Source of the DNA: Thermococcus kodakarensis KOD1 | Lineage (GTDB): Archaea; Methanobacteriota_B; Thermococci; Thermococcales; Thermococcaceae | Length of the DNA: 32,000 nucleotides | Assembly: GCF_000009965.1 (NCBI RefSeq) | Contig: NC_006624.1 | Span: 210,001 to 242,000, forward strand | Direction of reading: 5' to 3' | Shown: positions 9,360-17,935 of the stretch, one piece after another | Position numbering within the stretch: position 1 is the first letter of the stretch | How the letters are laid out: the number at the start of each line of letters is the position of its first letter | Notes under the pieces: model-generated | The model's database searches: none | What the model was told of the DNA's origin: nothing | Seen by the model: only the letters and a program-made list of their open reading frames with translations | Program-made: the position numbers and the translations under genes

Positions 9360-9362
9360 ACC
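9346..9362 (-). repeat. Copy of the 17-nt module GGTGATGTCCCGCCAAT
   Basis: Exact match to the copies at 17688-17704 and 17724-17740. With GGTGAC upstream, the similarity to the copy at 17724 extends to about 23 nt. Confidence 0.9.
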
Positions 9363-9390
9363 GTCACCGTTTTGAGCTTGAAGTTCGAAG

Positions 9391-9421
9391 ATTTAACCTT
9401 TTGGACAGGTTCACCTAACCA
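9391..9421 (-). promoter_or_regulatory. Internal tyr-phe promoter: Tar operator plus TATA, overlapping the aroC 3' end
   Basis: The - strand reads TGGTTA-ggtgaacc-TGTCCA-aaagg-TTAAAT. One half-site is perfect and the other matches 4/6, with the same layout as the trp promoter. It overlaps the aroC stop codon (9411-9413). Confidence 0.65.
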
Positions 9422-10478
9422 TCCCCTCCCAGGCCCTCCTCCTCAGGAGGTGGTCGGCTATTACGAAGGCAACAGAGCTTTCCACAACTGGGAGGGCCTT
9501 TGGGACTATGCAGGAATCGAAGCGTCCCCTAAGCTTGAGCGTGACTTCCTCCATCCTCCCCAGGTCAACCGTTCTCTGGGGGAGGTAGATGGATGGTGTC
9601 GGCTTGAAGGCAGCCCTCACCACGAGCGGCATTCCAGTCGTCATGCCCCCCAGAACACCGCCGTGGTTGTTGGTCTCGGTCACAACCTTTCCGTCCTTCA
9701 GGACGAAGGGGTCATTGGCCTGGCTCCCCCTGAGCTCCGCTAACCCGAAGCCCAGGCCGAACTCAACGCCTTTGACGGCCGGGATCCTGAAGAGGGCCGA
9801 GGCTATATCCGCCTCGATGTCCTCCTCCCAAGGCCCGCCTAGGCCCGGAGGAACGTTGAAGGCGACGGCCTCAACAATTCCTCCAACACTATCGCCGGCC
9901 TTTCTGGCCCTTTCCATCTCCTCAACCATGGCCTCGAAGGCCCCCTCGTCGGGGCAGTAGGGGTTTTCAGAGCTCAACAGCTCCTCGGGAGAAACATGAG
10001 CCTCCACGCGCCCTATCCGCTTGAGGTAAGCTCTCACCTTGATTCCTTCCCTTTCCAGGAGCTTCTTGGCGAAGTAGCCCGCTATAACGACCCCAACCGT
10101 CAGCCTCCCCGAGAAGTGGCCCCCGCCCCTGTAGTCGTTGTATCCGAAGTACTTTATCCCCGCTGGATAGTCCGCATGCCCCGGTCTCGGCGTGTTCCTT
10201 ATCTCCTCGTAGTACGAGGAATCCACGTCCCTGTTCTCCACGATGACGGCGACAGGTGTCCCAGTTGTCCTCCCCCTGAAGACTCCTGAAAGGATCTTCG
10301 GCTCGTCAGTTTCTTTCCTCTTGGTTGCAAACCTCTCTATGCCCTTCCTCCTCTCAAGCTCCCGCTTGAGCTCCTCAACGCTGACCTCTATTCCAGGGGG
10401 GAGCCCCTCTACAAGGACTCCAACAGCTTTTCCGTGGCTCTCGCCAAACAGGGAAAAGCTCAGCAGTTTCCCCCTCAT
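9411..10478 (-). CDS. aroC: Chorismate synthase
   Basis: 355 aa with N-terminal FGESHG and the RPGHAD motif. Confidence 0.95.
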   Translation of the reverse strand: MRGKLLSFSLFGESHGKAVGVLVEGLPPGIEVSVEELKRELERRKGIERFATKRKETDEPKILSGVFRGRTTGTPVAVIVENRDVDSSYYEEIRNTPRPGHADYPAGIKYFGYNDYRGGGHFSGRLTVGVVIAGYFAKKLLEREGIKVRAYLKRIGRVEAHVSPEELLSSENPYCPDEGAFEAMVEEMERARKAGDSVGGIVEAVAFNVPPGLGGPWEEDIEADIASALFRIPAVKGVEFGLGFGLAELRGSQANDPFVLKDGKVVTETNNHGGVLGGMTTGMPLVVRAAFKPTPSIYLPQRTVDLGRMEEVTLKLRGRFDSCIVPKALPVVESSVAFVIADHLLRRRAWEGMVR

Positions 10479-11722
10479 TCCAGGAGCCTCCTCAGGTCGT
10501 CGAAAAACCCCGGGTGCGACTTGGAGACGCTCTCCGTGTCCTCGATGATAGATGGCCCAGTAGCGCCGAGAGCCGCTATGCTCATCGCCATGGCTATCCT
10601 GTGGTCGTTGAAGGTCTCTACCTTAGCTCCCCTCGGCCGTCCGCCCTCTATCTCAAGCCCGTCCTCAAGCTCCCTCACCTTAACCCCCATCCTCGACAGG
10701 TTGACCGCCATCGCCCTCACCCTGTCGCTCTCCTTGAACCTTAGCTGTCTCGCCCTTATCACGCTCCTGCCCTCTGCGTAGGCCGCAACAACGGCCAGTA
10801 TGGGGAACGAATCTGGAAAATCGGAGCAGTCGAGTGCAACAGCTTTAAGCTCGCCCCCCTCGACCTTCACGTAATCCCTCCCCCTCTTCACCCTCGCCCC
10901 GAACTCCTCAAGCGCATCCAGGAAGGCCATATCCGCCTGCACATCTTCCCTCAGGAGGTTGTTCACCCTAACTTTACCGTACAGGGCCCCAGCTGCCAGG
11001 AAGAAGGAGGCAGTTGAGTAATCTCCCGGAACCTTATACCTTGTCCCCTTAACTCCAGGATATACCTCGAAGGAGAAGCCCTCCCTCTCAAATTCCACTC
11101 CAAAGGCCTCCATCGTCCTGAGCGTCATCTCGATGTAGGGCTTTGAAACGGGGTTCCTGGCCTCGACCTTCAGCCCGACCTCCGCCCCCAGGAGGAGCAG
11201 GCCGCTGACGAACTGGGAGGACTTGGATGCGTCGACCGAGACCCTCCCGGACTTTACGGGGCCCTTCACGGTAAGCGGGAGGCTAAAACCATCAACCTCC
11301 GCCCCAAGGCCCTTCAGGGCTTTCACGAGCCCGTCCATCGGTCTCTCCCTCAGCCTTCTCGCCCCATCTATGAGGGTTTTCCCCCCAATACCCCCAGCGA
11401 GAGCAGTCGAAAACCTCGCCGTTGTCCCGGATTCCCTGGCGTAGACAAAGCCGGGGGAGGGCTCTTCTGGGGGCACAACGGTTTTTCCATCAACACCAGC
11501 ACCGAAGGATCTGATGGCTTCTATAGTTGCAAGGGTGTCGTCGCAGACCAGGGGGTTCTCTATGGTGCTCTCCCCCTCAGCCAGCAGGGCAAGGAAGTAG
11601 GCCCTGTGAGTGTAGCTCTTCGAGGGAGGGGCGTTGAGTTCTCCCCTGACTTCATCAACGGGCCTGATTATCAACGCGATCACCTCAGCTCTGTTGTCAG
11701 GACTTTCCCAAACTGCTCCCAC
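10475..11722 (-). CDS. aroA: 3-phosphoshikimate 1-carboxyvinyltransferase (EPSP synthase)
   Basis: 415-aa ORF with [10 protein letters not shown] and family-wide similarity. A more likely start is TTG 11674, preceded by GAGGTGAT, just after the aroK stop. Confidence 0.93.
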   Translation of the reverse strand: MGAVWESPDNRAEVIALIIRPVDEVRGELNAPPSKSYTHRAYFLALLAEGESTIENPLVCDDTLATIEAIRSFGAGVDGKTVVPPEEPSPGFVYARESGTTARFSTALAGGIGGKTLIDGARRLRERPMDGLVKALKGLGAEVDGFSLPLTVKGPVKSGRVSVDASKSSQFVSGLLLLGAEVGLKVEARNPVSKPYIEMTLRTMEAFGVEFEREGFSFEVYPGVKGTRYKVPGDYSTASFFLAAGALYGKVRVNNLLREDVQADMAFLDALEEFGARVKRGRDYVKVEGGELKAVALDCSDFPDSFPILAVVAAYAEGRSVIRARQLRFKESDRVRAMAVNLSRMGVKVRELEDGLEIEGGRPRGAKVETFNDHRIAMAMSIAALGATGPSIIEDTESVSKSHPGFFDDLRRLLE

Positions 11723-12495
11723 TCCTCGGCAAGCTCCTCTGGCTCATTCGTGACGGCAAAAACCGCCGGTCCCTTCCCGCTCAGCCCAACCACGGCCCCC
11801 CTCTCTAGGGCAATCCTGAAGGGCTCGATGGGGTGGCCGAGATACGTCGAGTAAACCAGACCGTTTATGAGGGCCGCTTTCCTCCACTCACCCTCAAGGG
11901 CCAGCCTCACGGCCTCCTCCACGTAAGGTCTGATTGGGGAGAAGTCCCTTCCGCCTAGACTCTCTGTTAGGAGGGTTTTTCCAGGGAGTAAGAGCACAAC
12001 GGGAAGGGGCTCGACTTTGGAACTGTGGAGAACCCTCATCCCGAGGTTGTCGGTGACCCAGAGCGAACCGAAGTAGGAGGCGCAGGCGTCGTCAAAGGCC
12101 CCTGTTAGGGTAACGCCAGCCCTCTTAGCGGCCTCGACCCCGGCTTTAACCACTTCCATTTCGCTCATATCAAGCCCGAGGGCATCGGCCAGGGCCTTTG
12201 AGAGGGCGTTAGCCGCTGCGGAGCTGCTCTTGAGGCCCATCGCAATTGGTATCTCCGACTCTATCCTGAACTTGATACCGAACTCCTCGCCTGTTTTCTC
12301 CCTGAAAACATCAGCGACCGCTTTAACGAGTCTGAAATCCCTAACCTGCTCCCCTCTAACCCTGATCTCTCCCTCTATTCCATCACCCTTTAGCTTGACC
12401 TCCGCCCTCGTCCAGAGGTCTATCCCGATAGCTGAACCTACTCCCGTTGCGAAGGCGTTGACAACGGTAACGGCGCTACTCGCTGATGCCCTCAA
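11680..12495 (-). CDS. aroK: Archaeal GHMP-type shikimate kinase
   Basis: 271 aa with GHMP motif [11 protein letters not shown]. Position between aroE and aroA. Confidence 0.88.
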   Translation of the reverse strand: MRASASSAVTVVNAFATGVGSAIGIDLWTRAEVKLKGDGIEGEIRVRGEQVRDFRLVKAVADVFREKTGEEFGIKFRIESEIPIAMGLKSSSAAANALSKALADALGLDMSEMEVVKAGVEAAKRAGVTLTGAFDDACASYFGSLWVTDNLGMRVLHSSKVEPLPVVLLLPGKTLLTESLGGRDFSPIRPYVEEAVRLALEGEWRKAALINGLVYSTYLGHPIEPFRIALERGAVVGLSGKGPAVFAVTNEPEELAEEWEQFGKVLTTELR

Positions 12496-13294
12496 GCGCA
12501 GCCCCCCTCATAAGCCCTTCATCTGGCTTAAATCCCGTCCAAAGCCTGAAGCTCTCGATGCCCTGATAGACGAGCATCCAGAGACCGTCAACTGTTTTAC
12601 AGCCCCTCAGCTCGGCCTCGGTGAGGAGGCGCGTCTTCAGGGGCTTGTAAACTATGTCCATGACGACGAGGTCTCTCCTCAGCAGCTCGGCGGGAACAGG
12701 AGTTTCCCAGGAGTTCATTCCGACGGAGGTGGCGTTTATCAAAACCTCGGCCCATTCCAGGTACTCCCCAAGGTTCTCTCTGTTCAGAGCGTCCCCCGTT
12801 ATTCCAAAGCGCTCCAGGGCCTTCGCCTTTTCGGGGGTTCTGTTGAGGACGACCACCTCGTTGTCCCTGGAAAGTTCGTAGGCTATTGCCTTCCCCGCAC
12901 CGCCCGCTCCGATGATGAGTATCCTCCTTCCCCCCAGCTCGATGGCCCTTTCGAGGGCCCTCCTCGCGCCCAAGCCGTCGGTTGTGTGGCCTTCCAGCCT
13001 CCCTTTCCTGTTAACGACCGTGTTAACGCTCCCGATTTCTCCCGAATCCTCGGAGAGTGAGTCGAGGAAATGAATCACCGCCTCCTTGTGGGGCATTGTG
13101 ACGTTCAATCCGGATATTCCGAGGGCTTTGGCGCCCCCAATAGCCTCCCCAAGCTCCTCCGGGGGGACTTCGAAGGCCAGGTATACCGCGTTGATTCCGA
13201 GGGCTCTGAAAGCTGCGTTGTGCATTACCGGGCTGAGCGAGTGTCTCGCCGGAAAGCCGATCACCCCGTAGAGCCTCGTTTCCGCGTCAGCCAA
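12476..13294 (-). CDS. aroE: Shikimate 5-dehydrogenase
   Basis: 272 aa with YGVIG.P..HSLSP, NVT.P.K and GAGGA motifs. Confidence 0.93.
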
Positions 13295-13928
13295 AGAGCA
13301 TCACCCTCAGTCTGTCCAGTTCCTCCGCCCGGAGCTGTCCTGGGGCCACCTCCCCCTCAAGGGGGGCGTACGTGAACGGCGCCAGCTGGGCCGAAAAGAC
13401 CCTGGAGATTCTCCCGAGGGGCCCCATGCAGAAGGCGATGAGGTTCTCAGCATGCTCGTAAAGCCTCAGAACCCTCAGGTTGTCGAGGGGGGAGTTTGCT
13501 GTGGTGACTATCTTTATTATCTCAGGCTCCAGCTCCTCCATGTCCTCGAGGAGCGTCAGGAGCTTCCCAAAATCCGGGGTTCCATTGAAGTCGTGGTAGG
13601 AGAGAATAACACCAACCCCCTTCTCTTTCGCAAGCTCCATAACTTCCTGGGCTATATCCGAGGCGAATTCCACGTCAACGTAGGCCGGTTTGAGCTCCAT
13701 AACCCTTCTGTAGAGGCTCAGTCTTGTCCCGTCATCGAGGGGCCTGATTCCCCCTTCTTCCCTCCTCCTCGGCGTGAAGATGAGCTTTTTAGAATATTCC
13801 CCCAGCACTTCCAGTCCCTCAAAGCTCTCAAAGGAGTCGAGCCTGACCTCGTAGAGGTTAAACTTCGAGGTTTTTATCTTCTCAAGCGCTTCCCCCGGGT
13901 TTCTGGCAGTCACCACTCCCGCTATCAT
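13287..13928 (-). CDS. aroD: 3-dehydroquinate dehydratase, type I
   Basis: 213 aa with type-I DHQase-like sequence (VRLD, SYHDF). Position in the operon. Confidence 0.88.
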
Positions 13929-14907
13929 CCCTCGTTGCCTCCAGGGCCCTTTTCAAAACAGCCTCATCGACTTCCTCAACGACGACATCGCCTATTTCAA
14001 CCGGGATGACGAAGGTTATCCTCCCGTACCAGGCCTTCTTGTCGAGCCTCATCTCCTCCAGTATCTCCTCCGCCCTAAAGGGGTGCCCCGTGGGGAGCCC
14101 GAGCTTCTTCAGGAGCTCTTCGGTCTTTCCAGAATCGAAGCCGTAGAGCTCTTCCCCGACCTTCGAGGCCACCATGAGTCCCATCGAAACCGCAAGCCCG
14201 TGCTTTATTCTGTAATTCGACAGCTTCTCGATCGCGTGTCCGGCTGTATGCCCGAGGTTGAGTATCCTCCTCAGCCCGCTCTCCCCCAGGTCCTTCTCAA
14301 CTACCTCCACCTTGAAGAGGGCGCATTCCCTGATGAGGGTCTCGCTTATCCCTTCAAAGTTCCTGGCGAGGGCGTAGACCTTCCTGTCGAGCAGAGCATA
14401 CTTTGCAACTTCCCCAAGGCCGTTCCTTATCTCCTCCTCTGGGAGCGTGGAGAGGGTTTCATGGGCTATCAGGACGAAGTTTGGAAGGTAAAACGTCCCT
14501 ATCATGTTCTTCCCGTTGAAGTTCACCCCTGTCTTGCCCCCTATGGCCGCGTCCACCTGGGCCAAAAGCGTCGTTGGGACGAGGCCGAGGAGGGTTCCCC
14601 TCATGTAGGTCGAGGCCACGAAGCCCGCTATGTCTGTCACGACTCCCCCACCGAGGCCTATAAGGAGGGACTTCCTCGTGAAGCCCTCCTCCTGGAGCCT
14701 CTTCCAGATGGCTACGGCAGTCTCAAGGCTCTTGTACTTCTCGCCGTCTGGGATGACTATCCTTATCGGCTCCTCTATCCCTTCGGCGGCCTTTTCAAGC
14801 CAGAGCCTCTCCACCGTCGTGTTCGTCAGAAAGGCGACTCTGTGGGGGTTGAGCTCCTCCGCGAGGGAGGGAAGGATGGAGAGGGGGCCGAAGCTCAGGC
14901 CCTCCAT
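13882..14907 (-). CDS. aroB: 3-dehydroquinate synthase
   Basis: DHQS motifs [11 protein letters not shown] and GHT.GHA. The track ORF starts at 15027, but codon usage there is poor, so ATG 14907 (MEGLSFG, 341 aa) is preferred. It overlaps the DAHPS stop by 13 nt. Confidence 0.9.
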
Positions 14908-15809
14908 CCGAGCCCCCCCAGCTCCATGAGGAAGACCTCGGTGTACCAGTCGTTCTCCTCGACCCTCTCCGAGAGCACGTACCTCGGAACGCCCTCTGCG
15001 GCCTCTCTCGATGTTGTCCCTTTCCATCCGAGCCCTTCAAGCTCCCCCAAAAGCCTCTCGAAGTCCTCGAAGGTCAGCTGCTGGGCAGAGTCCGAGAGGG
15101 CCTTATCCGGCTCGGGGTGAACCTCGACCATTATCCCGTCGGCCCCGACTGCATAAGCCGCTTTTGCCAGGGGTATCACGAGCTCCCTCCTGCCCGCTGG
15201 ATGCGAGGGGTCAACTATTATCGGCAGGTGTGAGAGCTCCTTGACGACTGGGACGGCCGAGATGTCCAGGGTGAACCTTGTGGAGGTTTCGAAGGTTCTT
15301 ATGCCCCTCTCGCAGAGGATAACGTTCTCGTTGCCCCCGCTTAGTATGTACTCGGCCGAGTAGAGGAGCTCCTGGACGGTGTTTGCCATGCCCCTCTTCA
15401 GAACCACGGGGTTGTCGACCTTTCCCACTGCCTTAAGCAGCTCGAAGTTCTGGGAGTTCCTGGCGCCGATCTGGAGCATGTCGGAGTACTTCGCAACCAG
15501 CTCCACCTGCGAAACGTCCATAACTTCCGTAACGGTTACGAGGCCGTATTCATCGGCTGCTCTCCTCATCCACTTCAGGGCCTCTTCCCCGTGCCCCTGG
15601 AAGGAGTATGGACTCGTCCTCGGCTTGAAAGCCCCTCCGCGGAGCACTTTAACGCCCATCTCGGCCAGGAACTCTGCAACCTTCATTATTTGCTCCTGGC
15701 TCTCCACCGCGCAGGGACCTGCTATTACCGTGAATCCGTCGCCGATTTTAACCCCTCCGACCTTAACGACAGTTTTCGGCTTGGAGCCCTTCTCGAATTT
15801 GAACCTCAT
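14895..15809 (-). CDS. DAHP synthase, class I-beta (KDO8PS-like), with about 40-aa C-terminal extension
   Basis: 304 aa with [18 protein letters not shown] and DPSH motifs. The tail [40 protein letters not shown] has strong G/C third-position bias, so it looks coding. Confidence 0.9.
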   Translation of the reverse strand: MRFKFEKGSKPKTVVKVGGVKIGDGFTVIAGPCAVESQEQIMKVAEFLAEMGVKVLRGGAFKPRTSPYSFQGHGEEALKWMRRAADEYGLVTVTEVMDVSQVELVAKYSDMLQIGARNSQNFELLKAVGKVDNPVVLKRGMANTVQELLYSAEYILSGGNENVILCERGIRTFETSTRFTLDISAVPVVKELSHLPIIVDPSHPAGRRELVIPLAKAAYAVGADGIMVEVHPEPDKALSDSAQQLTFEDFERLLGELEGLGWKGTTSREAAEGVPRYVLSERVEENDWYTEVFLMELGGLGWRA

Positions 15810-16726
15810 GTCAGCATCACCTCAACCTTCTTCACGACGCTTTCCGCAGTCAGACCATAGCGCTCCAGGAGTGAGAAGTAGTCCCTGCTCGACCTGCCGA
15901 ACTCCGTCGTCCCGATCCTGATGAGCCTCTTCGGCATCTTTTCCGAGAGAACCTCCGCTACCGCTCCCCCGAGGCCGCCGTGAATGCTGTGCTCCTCAAG
16001 GGTAACGACCAGGTCTACCTTAGCGGCCAATCTCAGCAGCGTTTCCTCGTCGAGGGGCTTTATCGTGTGCATGTCAACGACTCCAGCGCTTATTCCCCTC
16101 TCCTCAAGCTTCCTCGCCGTTTCGAGGGCCACCGACACCATAACGCCAGCGGCCACAAGGAGAACGTCGCTTCCCTTTCTGAGGACACTTGCCTTTCCCA
16201 GCTTCAGCTTTGGACTATCATAGACCCTTGGAGCGTGGTCCCTGCCGAGGCGCATGTAGACGGGCCCCTCGAGCTCGATGACCTGTTTGAGGAGGACGGG
16301 AACTGAGGGGGCGTCCGCCGGAACAACTACCGTCATGTTCGGGAGGACGCGCATGAGGGCTATGTCCTCAAGGCACTGGTGTGATGAGCCGTCCATGTGG
16401 TCTGAAAAGCCAGAGTGCGTTGGAATGAGCTTGACGTTGAGGTTGTCCCTGGCTATCGTGTTCCTTATCTGCTCCCAGGCCCGCATCAGGAAAGCCGCAA
16501 AGGCCGAAACAACTGGGATTTTGCCCCCTATGGCCAGACCCCCAGCCATCGAGACCATGTCCTGCTCGCTTATACCCACCTGGATGAACCTCTCGGGAAA
16601 GGCCCTCTCGAAGTAGGCCGTTTTCGTCGAGCTCTTGACGTCCGCATCTAGGACAACGATGTTCGGGTTCTCCTCCCCTAGCTCAACCAAAGCCCTCCCA
16701 AAGGCTTCCCTGAAGCTTTCTATCAC
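15806..16726 (-). CDS. Transketolase, C-terminal (pyrimidine-binding) subunit
   Basis: Matches the Pyr and C-terminal transketolase domains. Preferred start is GTG 16726 ([10 protein letters not shown]), preceded by GAGGTGG and forming a GTGA overlap with the upstream stop. The track start at 16849 is an extension. Confidence 0.9.
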   Translation of the reverse strand: MIESFREAFGRALVELGEENPNIVVLDADVKSSTKTAYFERAFPERFIQVGISEQDMVSMAGGLAIGGKIPVVSAFAAFLMRAWEQIRNTIARDNLNVKLIPTHSGFSDHMDGSSHQCLEDIALMRVLPNMTVVVPADAPSVPVLLKQVIELEGPVYMRLGRDHAPRVYDSPKLKLGKASVLRKGSDVLLVAAGVMVSVALETARKLEERGISAGVVDMHTIKPLDEETLLRLAAKVDLVVTLEEHSIHGGLGGAVAEVLSEKMPKRLIRIGTTEFGRSSRDYFSLLERYGLTAESVVKKVEVMLT

Positions 16727-17382
16727 ACTTCCCACCTCGCTATGATGACCTTCGGCCTTCCCCCGAGTTTTTTGGCCGTTTCGAGGGCCTTCTTGAGCTC
16801 CTCCTTCCTGTTGGGAACCCCCATAACCTCCCAGCCGAAGGCCCTCCACTTGTCCGCCAGCGGTTCCTTGCTCAGTATCTCCTCTGTTCCTCCCGTGAGC
16901 TGGAAGTAGTTCCTGTCGACTATCGCTATCACTCTATCGAGCCTGTGGTGCGATGCTGTCATAGCAGCTTCCCAGACCTGGCCCTCGTCCAGCTCGCCGT
17001 CGCCGAGAATGACGTAAACGTATCCCTCTTCCCCGTCCATACGCTTGGCCATCGCTATACCGTTGGCCACCGAGAGTCCCTGGCCGAGGGAACCGCTGGA
17101 GACCTCTATGAAGGGCAGCCCCCTGATTACGTGGCTCGGGAGGCCGTCTATGTCCGCGAAGCTGTAGAGCTCCTCGTCGCTGAGAAGACCCATTTCGTGG
17201 AGCATCACGTAGAAAGCTGGAGCCGAGTGGCCTTTGCTGAGTATTACGACGTCTTTCTCTCCCTTCTCCTCGAGCACTGCTGAGAGAATTTCGAGGCAGG
17301 TCTCCGAGGACTCGAGGTGGAAGTTGTTGACGGGCTGGAGCATGCTCTGGAGCTTTGTCCTCGGATCGAGGGCCTCACTCAT
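16723..17382 (-). CDS. Transketolase, N-terminal (TPP-binding) subunit
   Basis: 219 aa with SKGH, GSLGQGLS and GDGELDEG TPP-binding motifs. Confidence 0.88.
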   Translation of the reverse strand: MSEALDPRTKLQSMLQPVNNFHLESSETCLEILSAVLEEKGEKDVVILSKGHSAPAFYVMLHEMGLLSDEELYSFADIDGLPSHVIRGLPFIEVSSGSLGQGLSVANGIAMAKRMDGEEGYVYVILGDGELDEGQVWEAAMTASHHRLDRVIAIVDRNYFQLTGGTEEILSKEPLADKWRAFGWEVMGVPNRKEELKKALETAKKLGGRPKVIIARWEV

Positions 17383-17689
17383 GGCCGTCCACCTCCAGAA
17401 GGCTGAGAATCATTCTCCCGTGCTCGGTAAGCCTAACGGGCCTGGGGTTTTCCTTAGTGCCGTAGTCTATGAGCCCGAGTTCCTTCAGAATTCTGGCGTT
17501 CAGCTTCAGCGTCGAGAGGGCTTTTCTTTCCTTTCTGCTGAGCTCCTCAAGGAGAGAATTCAGGGAGCGGTGTCTGCCGCTTATGCTCCTCAGTATCAGT
17601 CTCTGGTTCTCGTTCAAAGCCCTCAGAACGAGCTTCCTGATTACCTCTTCCCCGCCGGGGGTTACTAATATTGGCGGGGCATCACCCAT
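17375..17689 (-). CDS. tar: Small winged-helix transcriptional regulator, Tar-like aromatic amino acid activator
   Basis: Predicted wHTH core (EEVIRKLVLRALNENQRLILRSI...LKELGLIDY). First gene of the aro unit, with an 8-nt overlap on the transketolase gene. The track start (TTG 17767) lies 4 nt from the TATA box and so cannot be used. ATG 17689 (MGDAPPILV, 104 aa) is preferred. GTG 17746 is an alternative if the mRNA is leaderless. Confidence 0.75.
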   Translation of the reverse strand: MGDAPPILVTPGGEEVIRKLVLRALNENQRLILRSISGRHRSLNSLLEELSRKERKALSTLKLNARILKELGLIDYGTKENPRPVRLTEHGRMILSLLEVDGHE

Positions 17690-17736
17690 TGGCGGGACAT
17701 CACCTGGTTTGAAGACTTCATAAATTGGCGGGACAT
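17665..17736 (-). other. Candidate 23-codon leader ORF MSRQFMKSSNQVMSRQWVMPRQY*
   Basis: GGTGATCGGTG precedes ATG 17736. This frame runs through all three 17-nt modules. TTT, TGG and TAT each follow one module, and the ORF stops at TAG 17667-17665. Confidence 0.3.
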
Positions 17737-17740
17737 CACC
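17670..17740 (-). repeat. Three copies of the 17-nt module GGTGATGTCCCGCCAAT, with starts 18 and 36 nt apart
   Basis: Copies at 17724-17740 and 17688-17704 are exact. The copy at 17670-17686 has one mismatch (GGTGATGCCCCGCCAAT). Confidence 0.92.
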
Positions 17741-17770
17741 GATCACCGGAGACGGATGAATCAGCAACCC

Positions 17771-17802
17771 TATTTAAACTATTCGCCAGGTTTGCCTGTC
17801 CA
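17771..17802 (-). promoter_or_regulatory. aro/regulator promoter: Tar operator plus TATA
   Basis: The - strand reads TGGACA-ggcaaacc-TGGCGA-atag-TTTAAATA. One half-site is perfect and the other matches 4/6. The TATA box is consensus-like at 17771-17778. Confidence 0.7.
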
Positions 17803-17865
17803 ATTCCCAAAAAAGGACGTCCATCTCATCAATCTGTTAAAAATCAGTGTGAAAACTGGCGTATT

Positions 17866-17882
17866 TTTGTCGATTTGACAAA
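17866..17882. promoter_or_regulatory. Palindrome TTTGTC-N5-GACAAA in the divergent tar/proC intergenic region
   Basis: Read directly: tttgtcgatttgacaaa, flanked by GGCGT on both sides. About 55 nt upstream of the proC ATG. Confidence 0.3.
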
Positions 17883-17935
17883 CAGGCGTCCAAAAATGTT
17901 ATCATACGGTTCAAAAATCGACACGCGGTGGTTAA

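Noticed and set aside
14083-15120. 345-aa + strand ORF, and similar long antisense ORFs at 1461-2288, 12230-13060, 17932-18567, 20171-21061, 25852-26511 and 26469-27080
   Set aside because: Each lies opposite a gene with unambiguous family motifs (aroB, trpC/D, aroK/aroE, proC, lysJ/lysZ, hacA, HCS). Their translations are Pro/Arg/Ser/Leu-rich without motifs.
16727-16849. N-terminal extensions in the track for transketolase-C (16849), aroB (15027), nitroreductase (28388), lysW (23671) and trpC (1231)
   Set aside because: The extensions overlap upstream genes or promoters, lack SD motifs and are low-complexity. Internal starts with GGTGAT/GAGGTG-type SDs and family-typical N-termini are preferred.
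17670-17740. Could the short regularly spaced repeats be a mini CRISPR array?
   Set aside because: The units are only 17 nt, there are three copies, the spacers are 1 and 19 nt, and the repeats lie inside a 5' leader or coding frame. No cas genes are present.
17690-17767. Track start (TTG 17767) of the regulator ORF, implying a 130-aa protein with GDVPP repeats from the first codon
   Set aside because: The TTG lies 4 nt downstream of the TATA box (17771-17778), upstream of any plausible TSS. The region is treated as leader. A leaderless GTG 17746 start remains possible.
17877-17894. Additional Tar-like site TGACAaacaggcGTCCA in the tar/proC spacer
   Set aside because: The GAC/GTCC cores are 8 nt apart, not the 10 nt of TGGACA-N8-TGTCCA, and the first half-site is imperfect (TGACA rather than TGGACA). 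It does not match the operator.
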